Positions 14,476-25,143 of a DNA stretch of 64,000 nt are shown piece by piece (the first letter of the stretch is position 1; each line of letters begins with the position of its first letter). The notes below the pieces were generated by a model, which saw nothing but the letters and a program-made list of their open reading frames with translations, searched no databases and had not been told where the DNA came from. Location: the NCBI RefSeq assembly GCF_001194135.2, contig NC_068992.1, forward strand, positions 59,473,824 to 59,537,823. The letters are read 5' to 3'. The translations under genes and the position numbers were made by a program. The stretch comes from Octopus bimaculoides. Its lineage: Eukaryota.

Positions 14476-15469
14476 GTTGTTGTTATTATTATTTTGGATG
14501 TCTTCCAAATAGTTTTGTTTTTTTATTAATTAATTACAAACTTAATCTGATTTCCCTCCTTTATCAAAAATAGTCGTCAGATTACAGCAGACATCTTTTT
14601 AGTTATTATCGCTGTTATTTCTCAATTTTCATTGCTCTGCTATTATTGTTGTTGTTGTTGTCGTCGTCGTCATCACCATCGTCATCACCATTATTATTGC
14701 TGTTGTTCTTGTTGTTATTATGCTGCTGTTATTTTGATAGCTAAGCAAAAAGCAAACGAAGAAAGAAACAATTATTCATGCAACAATTTGAAATTCTTTT
14801 TCTGTCTTTGATATTTCAAGACTTCGTTTTCTCCTTGATTTGATTTTTCAAAGGAGAAAAAAAACAAAAAAAAAAACAAAAAACAAAACAAAACAAAACN
14901 NNNNNNNNNNNNNNNNNNNNNNNNNNNNNNNNNNNNNNNNNNNNNNNNNNNNNNNNNNNNNNNNNNNNNNNNNNNNNNNNNNNNNNNNNNNNNNNNNNNN
15001 NNNNNNNNNNNNNNNNNNNNNNNNNNNNNNNNNNNNNNNNNNNNNNNNNNNNNNNNNNNNNNNNNNNNNNNNNNNNNNNNNNNNNNNNNNNNNNNNNNNN
15101 NNNNNNNNNNNNNNNNNNNNNNNNNNNNNNNNNNNNNNNNNNNNNNNNNNNNNNNNNNNNNNNNNNACCAAAACCTTGTGAGTAGATTCAGTTGACAGAA
15201 ACTGAAAGAAGCCCATCATATCCTCACCATCATCATCATCATCATCATTTAATTCTGTTAGTGACAAGGATTGCACAGTTTGGCAGGAGGTGGTCAGCTG
15301 GAGAGCTGCCCAGGCTCCATCTCTCTGTTTTGGCCTGATTTTTATGGCTGGATGCCCTTCTTATGTCGACCATTTTACAGATTGTGCTGGGTACCTTTTA
15401 CATGCCACCAGCATGGATGCACTTAGCTGGTACTGGCAGAAGTGCATTTTACTTGGCAGTATATATATG

Positions 15470-15551
<82 letters not shown>

Positions 15552-17210
15552 CCAGGCATGTGTCGTCAGTAATTACTCAGGAGACGCAGTTGGTGACCTT
15601 TATGTATACACAAAAATAAGCGAAACACAACATGCGACTGAGTTGAAGGCAGATTTACTTCTGCCTTTATAGCACATAAAGAAAATGGTGTTGTAGGAGT
15701 GTACACAGCATGTGTACTACAGCAGTACTATGCGTAGCTTAAATACTGAGATTGACAAATTATGCCTACCTAATCTAAAAAAAAACATTTGCATTTTATG
15801 CATAATAATCAGAGCAACGTTCATAATTTTATTGAATTAGGCGCATATTTTGCCATAAAAGGAAAATGTTGCTATTGATCTATTTTAATCAAGATAAGCA
15901 CTGCCTACTTTGCCTACCTAGGTAGCACATCCCTGATATATACACATATGTATATATATATACATACATACAAGATTCAATTGAATAAGGTACTTAAAAT
16001 TAAGGCACCTAGTCAGGTTGGAATAAAATGCACTCACAACAGTTTCTTTATGTGAATACCAACCTTGGTACAGAAGTGCTGGCAGAATGATATTCTGGTA
16101 ATGCATGCAGTCAGTTTAACCTGACTGAGTATATAACCCACTCTCGAGCTATTCAGACATGAAAAATTTTATTAAATATACAGTTCATAATATATTACAG
16201 AACACACGAGGGGCATGTTCTGAGATGAAGGACAAGTGTCAATCCATGGATTAACACCGGTCCTTCAATTGTTTCTTATATGGGCAAGCGAAAGCGAAAT
16301 CGTGATGGCACCTGTACCAGTAGATCACTAAGAGCACCGTCTGAGCGTGATCGTTGCCAGAGCACCAGCTGTCTGGCTTCCGTACCGGGAGCATGTAAAT
16401 AGCACCATTTGATCATGATCGTTACCAACGTCGCCCTCCTGGCACTTGTGCCAGTGGCATGTGAAAAGACATTCGAGCGAGTTTGTTGCCAGTGCTGCTG
16501 GACTGGCTCCTGTGCAGGTGGCACGTAAAATACACCATTTCGAGCGTGGCCATTACCAGTACCTCCTGACTGGCCTTCGTGCCGGTGGCACGTAAAAGCA
16601 CCCACTACACTCTCAGAGTGGTTGGCGTTAGGAAGGGCATCCAGCTGTAGAAACTCTGCCAAATCAGATTGGAGCCTGGTGTAGCCATCTGGTTCACCAG
16701 TCCTCAGTCAAATCGTCCAACCCATGCTAGCATGGAAAGCAGACATAAAACGATGATGATGATATATCGTCAGTGAATCATAAATCCGAAAAAGAAGTAC
16801 ACTCTAAGTTATAGAAGCAAAGTAGCTAGTTCGAGAATTTCTATAACAGATGAAAGTAGTAACTATACTGAGAAGTAATGTTTAATTGCCACTTCAATAT
16901 GGCTGCTCCATTGGAACTGACGTTACTGGGGTTAAAAATGGTAGTATTGTCAGTTCCTATGGAACAGCCTTATTGAAGTGACGATTAAACATTACATCTA
17001 TACACACACACACGTACACACACACACGACACACACACATATATATATATAGGAGTAGCTGTGTGGTAAGTCGCTTGCTTACCAACCACATGGTTCTGGG
17101 TTCAGTCCCACTGCGTGGCACCTTGGGCAAGTGTCTTCTACTATAACCTTGGGCCGACCAAAGCCTTATGAGTGGATTTGGTTGATGGAAACTGAAAGAA
17201 GCCCATCATA

Positions 17211-17242
<32 letters not shown>

Positions 17243-20200
17243 NNNNNNNNNNNNNNNNNNNNNNNNNNNNNNNNNNNNNNNNNNNNNNNNNNNNNNNNNN
17301 NNNNNNNNNNNNNNNNNNNNNNNNNNNNNNNNNNNNNNNNNNNNNNNNNNNNNNNNNNNNNNNNNNNNNNNNNNNNNNNNNNNNNNNNNNNNNNNNNNNN
17401 NNNNNNNNNNNNNNNNNNNNNNNNNNNNNNNNNNNNNNNNNNNNNNNNNNNNNNNNNNNNNNNNNNNNNNNNNNNNNNNNNNNNNNNNNNNNNNNNNNNN
17501 NNNNNNNNNNNNNNNNNNNNNNNNNNNNNNNNNNNNNNNNNNNNNNNNNNNNNNNNNNNNNNNNNNNNNNNNNNNNNNNNNNNNNNNNNNNNNNNNNTGT
17601 GTGTGTATATGTTTGTGTGTCTGTGTTTGTCCCCCCAACATCGCTTGACAACCGTTGCTGATGTGTTTACATCCCCGTAACTTGGCGGTTCGGCAAAAGA
17701 GACCGATAGAATAAGTACTAGGCTTCTAAAGAATAAGTCCTGGGGTCAATTTGCTCGACTAAAGGCGGTGCTCCAGCATGGCCGCAGTCAAATGACTGAA
17801 ACAGGTAAAAGAGTAAAAGAGATATATAGATATAGGTATATAGATATGTATATATACACACATATACATATATATATATATATATATATACAGGTGTGGT
17901 TATTTGGTGAATAGTTTGTTTCCTAAGGACATGGTTCTGGGTTCAGTCCCACTGCATGACAACTTGGGCAAGCATCTTCTACAGTAGCTCTGGACTGACC
18001 TAAGCCTTGTGAGGTGGATTTGGTAGACGAAAACGGAAAGACCGTCGTGTGTGTATGTGTGTGTGTGTGGGGGGGGTGCGCTTGTGTTATTTTGTCTCCT
18101 TGTCTTGATATCACTTCTTAGTTGTAAAAGAGATTGCAGAATCGTTAACACACCTGACAAAATTTTTAGCGGCATTTCTTCCGGCTTTACGTTCTGAGTT
18201 CAAATACTGCCGAGGCCTTCTTTGCATCTAATCCTTTCGGGGTTGATAAAATAAATACCAGTTGAGTACTGAGGTCAATGTAAATCAACGAGTCCCTTCT
18301 CAAATGCCTCCAAACAGTTCAATAAAGTTGTCTCCCTTGAGATTAGCTTTTCACAAGTCGTCTCCCTTGTATTAAAACTCCTCTTGCACAATAATTTAAA
18401 AATCGATTTATACAATAGAGCCAACGTGGTTTCAATTCGTACTTGTAACCGTTGTGACGAAAATGTTACATCATCTCTTTTCTTAATTTCTTATACATTT
18501 TAATGCATCCTGAAATAAACTTACACTCGTGCAAGTATGGTTGCTAACGATGCTTAAATGTTATCATTATTCCTATACATACGAAGGCGGCGAGCCGGCA
18601 GAATCGTTAAGTATTCCGTCTGTCTTTACGTTCTGAGTTCAAATCCCGCCCGATGTCGACTCCGCCTTTCATCTTTTCAGGGTCGATAAATTAAGTACCA
18701 ATTGCGTACTGGGGTCGGTCTAATCGATTGACCACCCTCCCCCCAAATTTTGGGCCTTCTGCCTAGAGTAGAAAAGAATCGTTAGCACACTGGGCGAAAT
18801 GCTTAGCGGTATTTCGTCCGTCCTTACGTTCTGAGTTCAAATTCCGTCGAGGTCGACTTTGCCTTTCATTCTTTCTGGGTCGATAAATAAAAGTATTATT
18901 ACTATATATGCTGATGTTATTTTCTTTATTATATAATATACAAACAACGATTTTTATATTTATTGGAATACGACGCATATGACACAAACATGGTGGAAGA
19001 AAGAAGGAAAAGGAGAAAAAAGGAAAAACATCAATTCAACACCAAGTACCTCAATTGGTTGCATACCACAAGGTTCAAGCTACATGCTTCTCACCTTTAA
19101 CCTTTGACCTCTGTCTTCCCTTCACTCCTATCCACACATTAATTCAGATTCTTGTATAAGATGTGCTTTTTATATATTCTTAAGTGTAAAAATTGCCATG
19201 CATCTAATGTGACTGTATTACAGATGGAATACCAAGTGTATGAATATAAGATGAAACATTAAATTTGTTTTTTCCTCAAAAGCAAGTAGGGTTTTTTTTT
19301 ATGGGAATATGCATCTTAATTACTGGCACCTACAGTATTTTCATCTCCCAACTTTTATCTCCAGGCCCAGCCCATGTCAGTGTGAAAGACTGATGTTAAA
19401 AGATGACTTATGCTTAATCCATTTCTTTGTTGTCTATATTTGTAGGGTCAAAATAAGATTACAAGCACTGAATGGGTTCTGGACCTGGTTAATTTAGAAG
19501 AACTGAAACTCAACAACAATTTAATTGAGAAAACTCATGGCTTTAACTCCAACATGACGAAACTGAAATACATTGACCTGAAGTAGGTTTTCTGTTGGAC
19601 TATTTAGTCTTTTCATATTCTCTTACTTTTAAACTGTGGAAGCGCAATGGCCTAGTGGTTAGGGCAGCGGACTTGCGGTCATAGGATCGCGGTTTCGATT
19701 CCCAGACTGGGCGTTGTGAGTGTTTATTGAGCGAAAACAGCTAAAGCTCCACGAGGCTCTGGCAGGGGATGGTGGCGAACCCTGCTGTACTCTTTCACCA
19801 CAACTGTCTCTCACTCTTACTTCCTGTTTCTGTTGTGCCTGAATATCCCCGAGAACTACGTTAAGGGTACACTTGCATGTTAATTTCACAAGCAGGCTGT
19901 TCCGTTGATCGGATCAACTGGAACCCTCGACGTCGTAAGCGAAGGAGTGCCAACAACAACTTTTAAACTATGAAATATCAACATTTTCCACACACACACA
20001 CACACACGCACATGTGCACACATACACAGGGTTCTGACTGACACAGATATACCAAACACCTTTGACCTCCTTCTCACCTTTAACCTTTGACCTCTGTCTT
20101 CCCTTCAGTCCCATCCACACATTAATTCAGATTCTTGATGTACAGTAATGTCTCAATATAGGAATCGTTAGTATGCCAGGCAAAATGCTTAGCGCTATTT

Positions 20201-22715
20201 CGTCTGCCGCTACATTCTGAGTTAAAATTCCGCCGACGTCAACTTTGCCTTTCATGCTTTCGGGGTCGATTAAATAAGTACCAGTTACGCACTGGGGTCG
20301 ATGTAATCGACTTAGTCCCTTTGTCTGTCATTGTTTGTCCCCTCTATGTTTAGCCCCTTGTGGGCAATAAAGAATTAGATATAGGAGTTAATCCGTTCCT
20401 GGAGAACACTTGTAAAGTGAAAGCTCATAAGTGAATTTTACTCTTTTACTTGTTTCAGTCATTTGACTGCAGCCATGCTGGAGCACCGCCTTTATTACTG
20501 TATTTCCGTCACAGTTTTAACAAGAGTAAAGATTAAAATATTCAGATGGGAGATAAATGAATGCAAACAAAGATGAGGGGGTGGATGGGGATGGGGGTAA
20601 TCTTGTATTTTGATTTTTGACTGGTCAATAATTTATATTTAGATATGGGTTAAGTAGTTTGACCTTTGACCTCTTCCCCCTCCCCAAAAAATGTTTCATA
20701 GGCATAAGTATGACTATGTGATTAAGAACCTTGCTCTACAACCACGGGATCTAGTCAGTCTCATTTGCAAAATGAGCCCCCTTTAATTTTGCTTGGATTA
20801 CTTTCAATTTTGGTGCATTGATGCAACTCTGAATTTTGATTAGGATCAACCAATTACTTTACCTCGTAAATTAAAGTATCTGATGTTATTTGGAATTAAA
20901 GTTGGGAAAGTTGGGTAATTTTGTTGAATCAAATTACGTCAGTTGGATGTTTCTTATAAAATGTTCCGCATCAACAATTTTAAATGTTCCAGCATTTTTG
21001 ATATTTTTCCCTGTCCTCATATTTTTAAATATTCCATCATTAGCAATTAATTTTTATCTCTGTCATCTTATTATAAATGTTTTGTTTAACATTAATAATA
21101 ATATTTTGCAAACATCAAGATTTATTTTCCTAATCAATACTGGTTTCAAATTTTAGCACAAGGCTAGCAATTCGAGGGGAGGGGGTAAATCAATTATCGT
21201 ATTTCAATGTGTATATGGAATCCTATTTTTTTGCCAAAAATTAGGTTAAAAAAATACGAAAGTTTCTTATACATGGATAGTATTATAATCTTTTACAAAA
21301 CCTTTTTTTCCAAATATTAAGCCCCCCCCCCAAAAAAAAAATTGGGGGACTTCTTCCTTATACATATGAGGGTTTCGATTTGCTCAACTAAAGGCAGTGC
21401 TCCAGCATGGCCGCAGTCAAATGACTGACACAAGTAAAAGAGATAAAAGAATAAGATAGAAAAATAATAGTCTCAAGTATTGGGACAGGGTCAGCCATTT
21501 TTTGAGGGGAGGGGTAAGGCAACTACATTGATCTAAGTACTTGACTAGTATTTATTTTATCGCCCCTGAAAGGCTAAAAAGCAAAGAATCTCAGTGGGAT
21601 TTGAACCGAGTATGTAAAGATGGACAAAATCTGGTAAGCATTTCGTCCAGCATGCTAACAGTTCTGCCAGAAAAAATAATGATTTTCAATTTTAGCGCAA
21701 GGCCAGTAATTTTGTTTTTGGAGAAGGGGTTAAGTTGATTACATCGATCCCCAGTACGCAACTGGTACTTATTTTATTGACCCCCCAAAAGCATGAATGG
21801 CAAAGTTGGCCTCAGTGGGATTTGAACTCAGAACATGGAGATGAAGAAGATGCTGCTAAGCGTTTTGCTCGGTGTGCTAACGATTCTGCCAGCTCACCGC
21901 CTTAACTTAGAAAAATAATAACATGTTTTTACAAATACACAAATGAGAAATTTGTTTTAATTTTATTTTAAGGTAATAAATATGTTTCTTTTGATGATTA
22001 GTATTTATTTCATCTCTCTTCCTTTCTTTCTCTTTCTGTCTCAATCTCTCTCTCTTTCCCTTTCTCTCTCTCTCTTTCTCTCCCTTTTTCTCTCTCTGTC
22101 TCTTTCTCTCTCTGTCTCTTTCTCTCTCTTTTTCTCTCTCTCTCTGTCTCCCTTTCTATCTCTCTCTCTCTGTCTCTGTGTCTCTTTCGTTCTCTGTCTG
22201 TCTGTCTGTCTGTCTCTTTCTCTCTCTCTGTCTCCCTTTCTCTCTATCTGTCTCTTTCATTCCCTGTCTGTCTGTCTCTTTCTCTCTTTGCCTCTCTCTC
22301 TCTCTTACTATTTCCCCCTCTGCCTCTCTCTTTCTCTCTCACTCTCCTTTTCTCTCCTTCTTTCTCTCATTCCCCCCATTCTCCCCCTCTTCTTCCATTC
22401 AGAGAGAATAAAATTGCCCAGTACTATGATCTGAGCCAAATGTCTACTTTGCCACAACTGAACTCCTTGATGTTGAATGGTAAGTCCCTATATCTCACTT
22501 GTTATTGCATCACAAACCAAGACCTTCAATAGGTTTAGCCAAACAAATCAATCCCCTTTCACCAGTACCTATTTATAAGCCTGGTACTTAGTCTATTAGT
22601 CTATTTCTGCTGAACTACCAAGTTGCAGGGACGTTAACAAACCAACACCTGTTGCCAAAAGATGGTTAGGGAACCAATACAAGCACATACGCGCATATAC
22701 ATACATAAATACACA

Positions 22716-22753
<38 letters not shown>

Positions 22754-23502
22754 NNNNNNNNNNNNNNNNNNNNNNNNNNNNNNNNNNNNNNNNNNNNNNN
22801 NNNNNNNNNNNNNNNNNNNNNNNNNNNNNNNNNNNNNNNNNNNNNNNNNNNNNNNNNNNNNNNNNNNNNNNNNNNNNNNNNNNNNNNNNNNNNNNNNNNN
22901 NNNNNNNNNNNNNNNNNNNATTCCAGCAGCTCTTACTTCTTTGGAGTAGTGTGCACATATATTTTGAAACATATGTAGGAATTAAAGGAACTATTGTTTA
23001 TATGCGTTTTGCTCCATTTATTATTTTTATTCATATCTACTCAAAATACATCACTTTAACTTGGTATTTCTACCTATAAAACGGGTGTGATATCCCAGTT
23101 TTTGTGTGATTTTTGCTACCCATGGTAACTATTAACATATTTACATTGTCAAAGTTTTTTCAACCGAGATAATATTAATATGCACATAAATTATATATAT
23201 ATATATATATCTATATATACACTAAGCAGATGTGCACAAAGTACAAACATTGCTAGAAATAGCAGCCAGTAAGCTATTGGCGCTACGTAGAGCTTCACTG
23301 AATGTTTACAGGCAGAGATGTTTGTGGGCTGTGAACATAGGAAAATTCTGTCTTACCTTTATGGAGACCGTTAGAGGAATGAAGGATATTTCTAGCAATG
23401 ATCGTACTTCATGTACATCTGCTTTGTATATTTATAATTCTCCCTTTTATGGTGCTTTATTTTTGCTGGCTAGTAATATTATTTTTAATAATATTTATAT
23501 TT

Positions 23503-23542
<40 letters not shown>

Positions 23543-25094
23543 TCGTTCTGGTCTAACGACCCTCCATGCTTGTTTTGTTCAGTTTCCTTGTATGTCTCCA
23601 TTGTCATGTTTTTGTTCCCAACTTTGACCCTCCATAGATCCTAAATTTTATTTTAGAATTTATGGCAGCAACTGTCTTTGAAGACTCATATTGTTGGTAT
23701 TATCCATCATCATCATCATCATCATCGTTTAACGTCCGCCTTCCATGCTAGCATGGGTTGGATGATTTGACTGAGGAGTGGTGTAACCAGATGGCTACAC
23801 TAGGCTCCAATCTGATTTGGCAGAGTTTCTACAGCTGGATGCCCTTCCTAACGCCAACCACTCCGAGAGTGTAGTGGGTGCTTTTATGTGCCACCTGCAC
23901 GAAGGCCAGTCGGGCGGTACTGGCAATGGCCACGCTCAAAATGGTGTATTTTATGTGACACCTGCACAGGAGCCAGTTCGGCGGCACTGGCAACGATCTC
24001 ACTTGAATGTCTTTACACGTGCCATCCGGCACAAGTGCCAGGAAGGCAATGCTGGGCACAGGTACCATTGACGGTTTCGCTTTCGCGTGCCCCAATAGGT
24101 CTTCGCAAGCTGAGGGTCATATATATATATATATATATATAATATAAAAAATATATAAATATATGCATATATACATACATATATGTACATACCTACATAT
24201 ATATGTATATATACATGCATATATGGGTACAGGACATCAAAAAAACGTTAAACACAATGAGAAGCAAAAACATAGAAAATGAACTTTTTTTGAACAACGA
24301 AAAAAACAGAGAAACGAGACATGCAACATAAAGAATATACCCCTTCATCAGTTGTCCCTGTTTCATCTACTCCGTGTTTCAAAGGTAATATATGTATGGG
24401 CTTCTTTCAGTTTCTGTCTACCATGTCTGTTCACAAGTCTTTGGTTGACCCAAGTTTATATTAGAAGGCACTTGTTCAAGGTGTCATGCAGTGGGGCTGA
24501 AACTGGAATCATATGGTTCAGACGCAAACTGCTTACTACATATTTTTCTCAAAAATATTTTACTTGCTTATTTTCGGAATCCAGAAAATCCTATATCTCA
24601 GGATGGCGACTACCGTGTTGAAATTCTGAGCATCTTAAAGACTCTCACAGTCTTGGATGAAGAAGAATTTACAGACGAAGATCATGCAGAAGTAAGGGAC
24701 ATTGCCAAGCAGCGCCATAATTCTGAGGTACTGTGGTTCTTTTAAGCCTGTGATTGATAATATTTTCCAAACAGAATTCTTCTATTGTTATTTAGTTCAA
24801 AGATTAGTTGTCAAATGACTGGTTGATAAGGTGATGTGGTAAAGAGAGAGAGAGAGAGGGAGAGAGGGAAGGAGAGAGAGAAAGAAGAAAGAGAGATGGT
24901 GTGATGTGTCAGAGGGAGAGAGAGTAAGAGAGAAAGAGAAAGACGGAGACAGAGCCTGAGAAAGAAAGATAAACAAAAATAAATAGAGAGAGAGAAAGAG
25001 AGAAGAGATGACAAAATTTTAGAGAGACAATTGTCAGAGAGGGATATAACAAAATGTAAGAAGGATATGAGAAGCCACCAGAGAGAGAGAGAGA

Positions 25095-25143
<49 letters not shown>

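Larger units (their letters stand above)
19087..20137 (+). repeat. 68-bp direct repeat pair (19087-19154, 20070-20137) flanking an LRRC23-A exon
   Basis: cttctcacctttaacctttgacctctgtcttcccttca[c/g]tcc[t/c]atccacacattaattcagattcttg, 2 mismatches. Confidence 0.9.

Noticed and set aside
16276-16662. Recurrent ORFs containing FLQLDALPNANHSESVVGAF (also 5455, 23817, 51829, 54217, 54752)
   Set aside because: Antisense translation of the family D retroelement tail, not a gene family.
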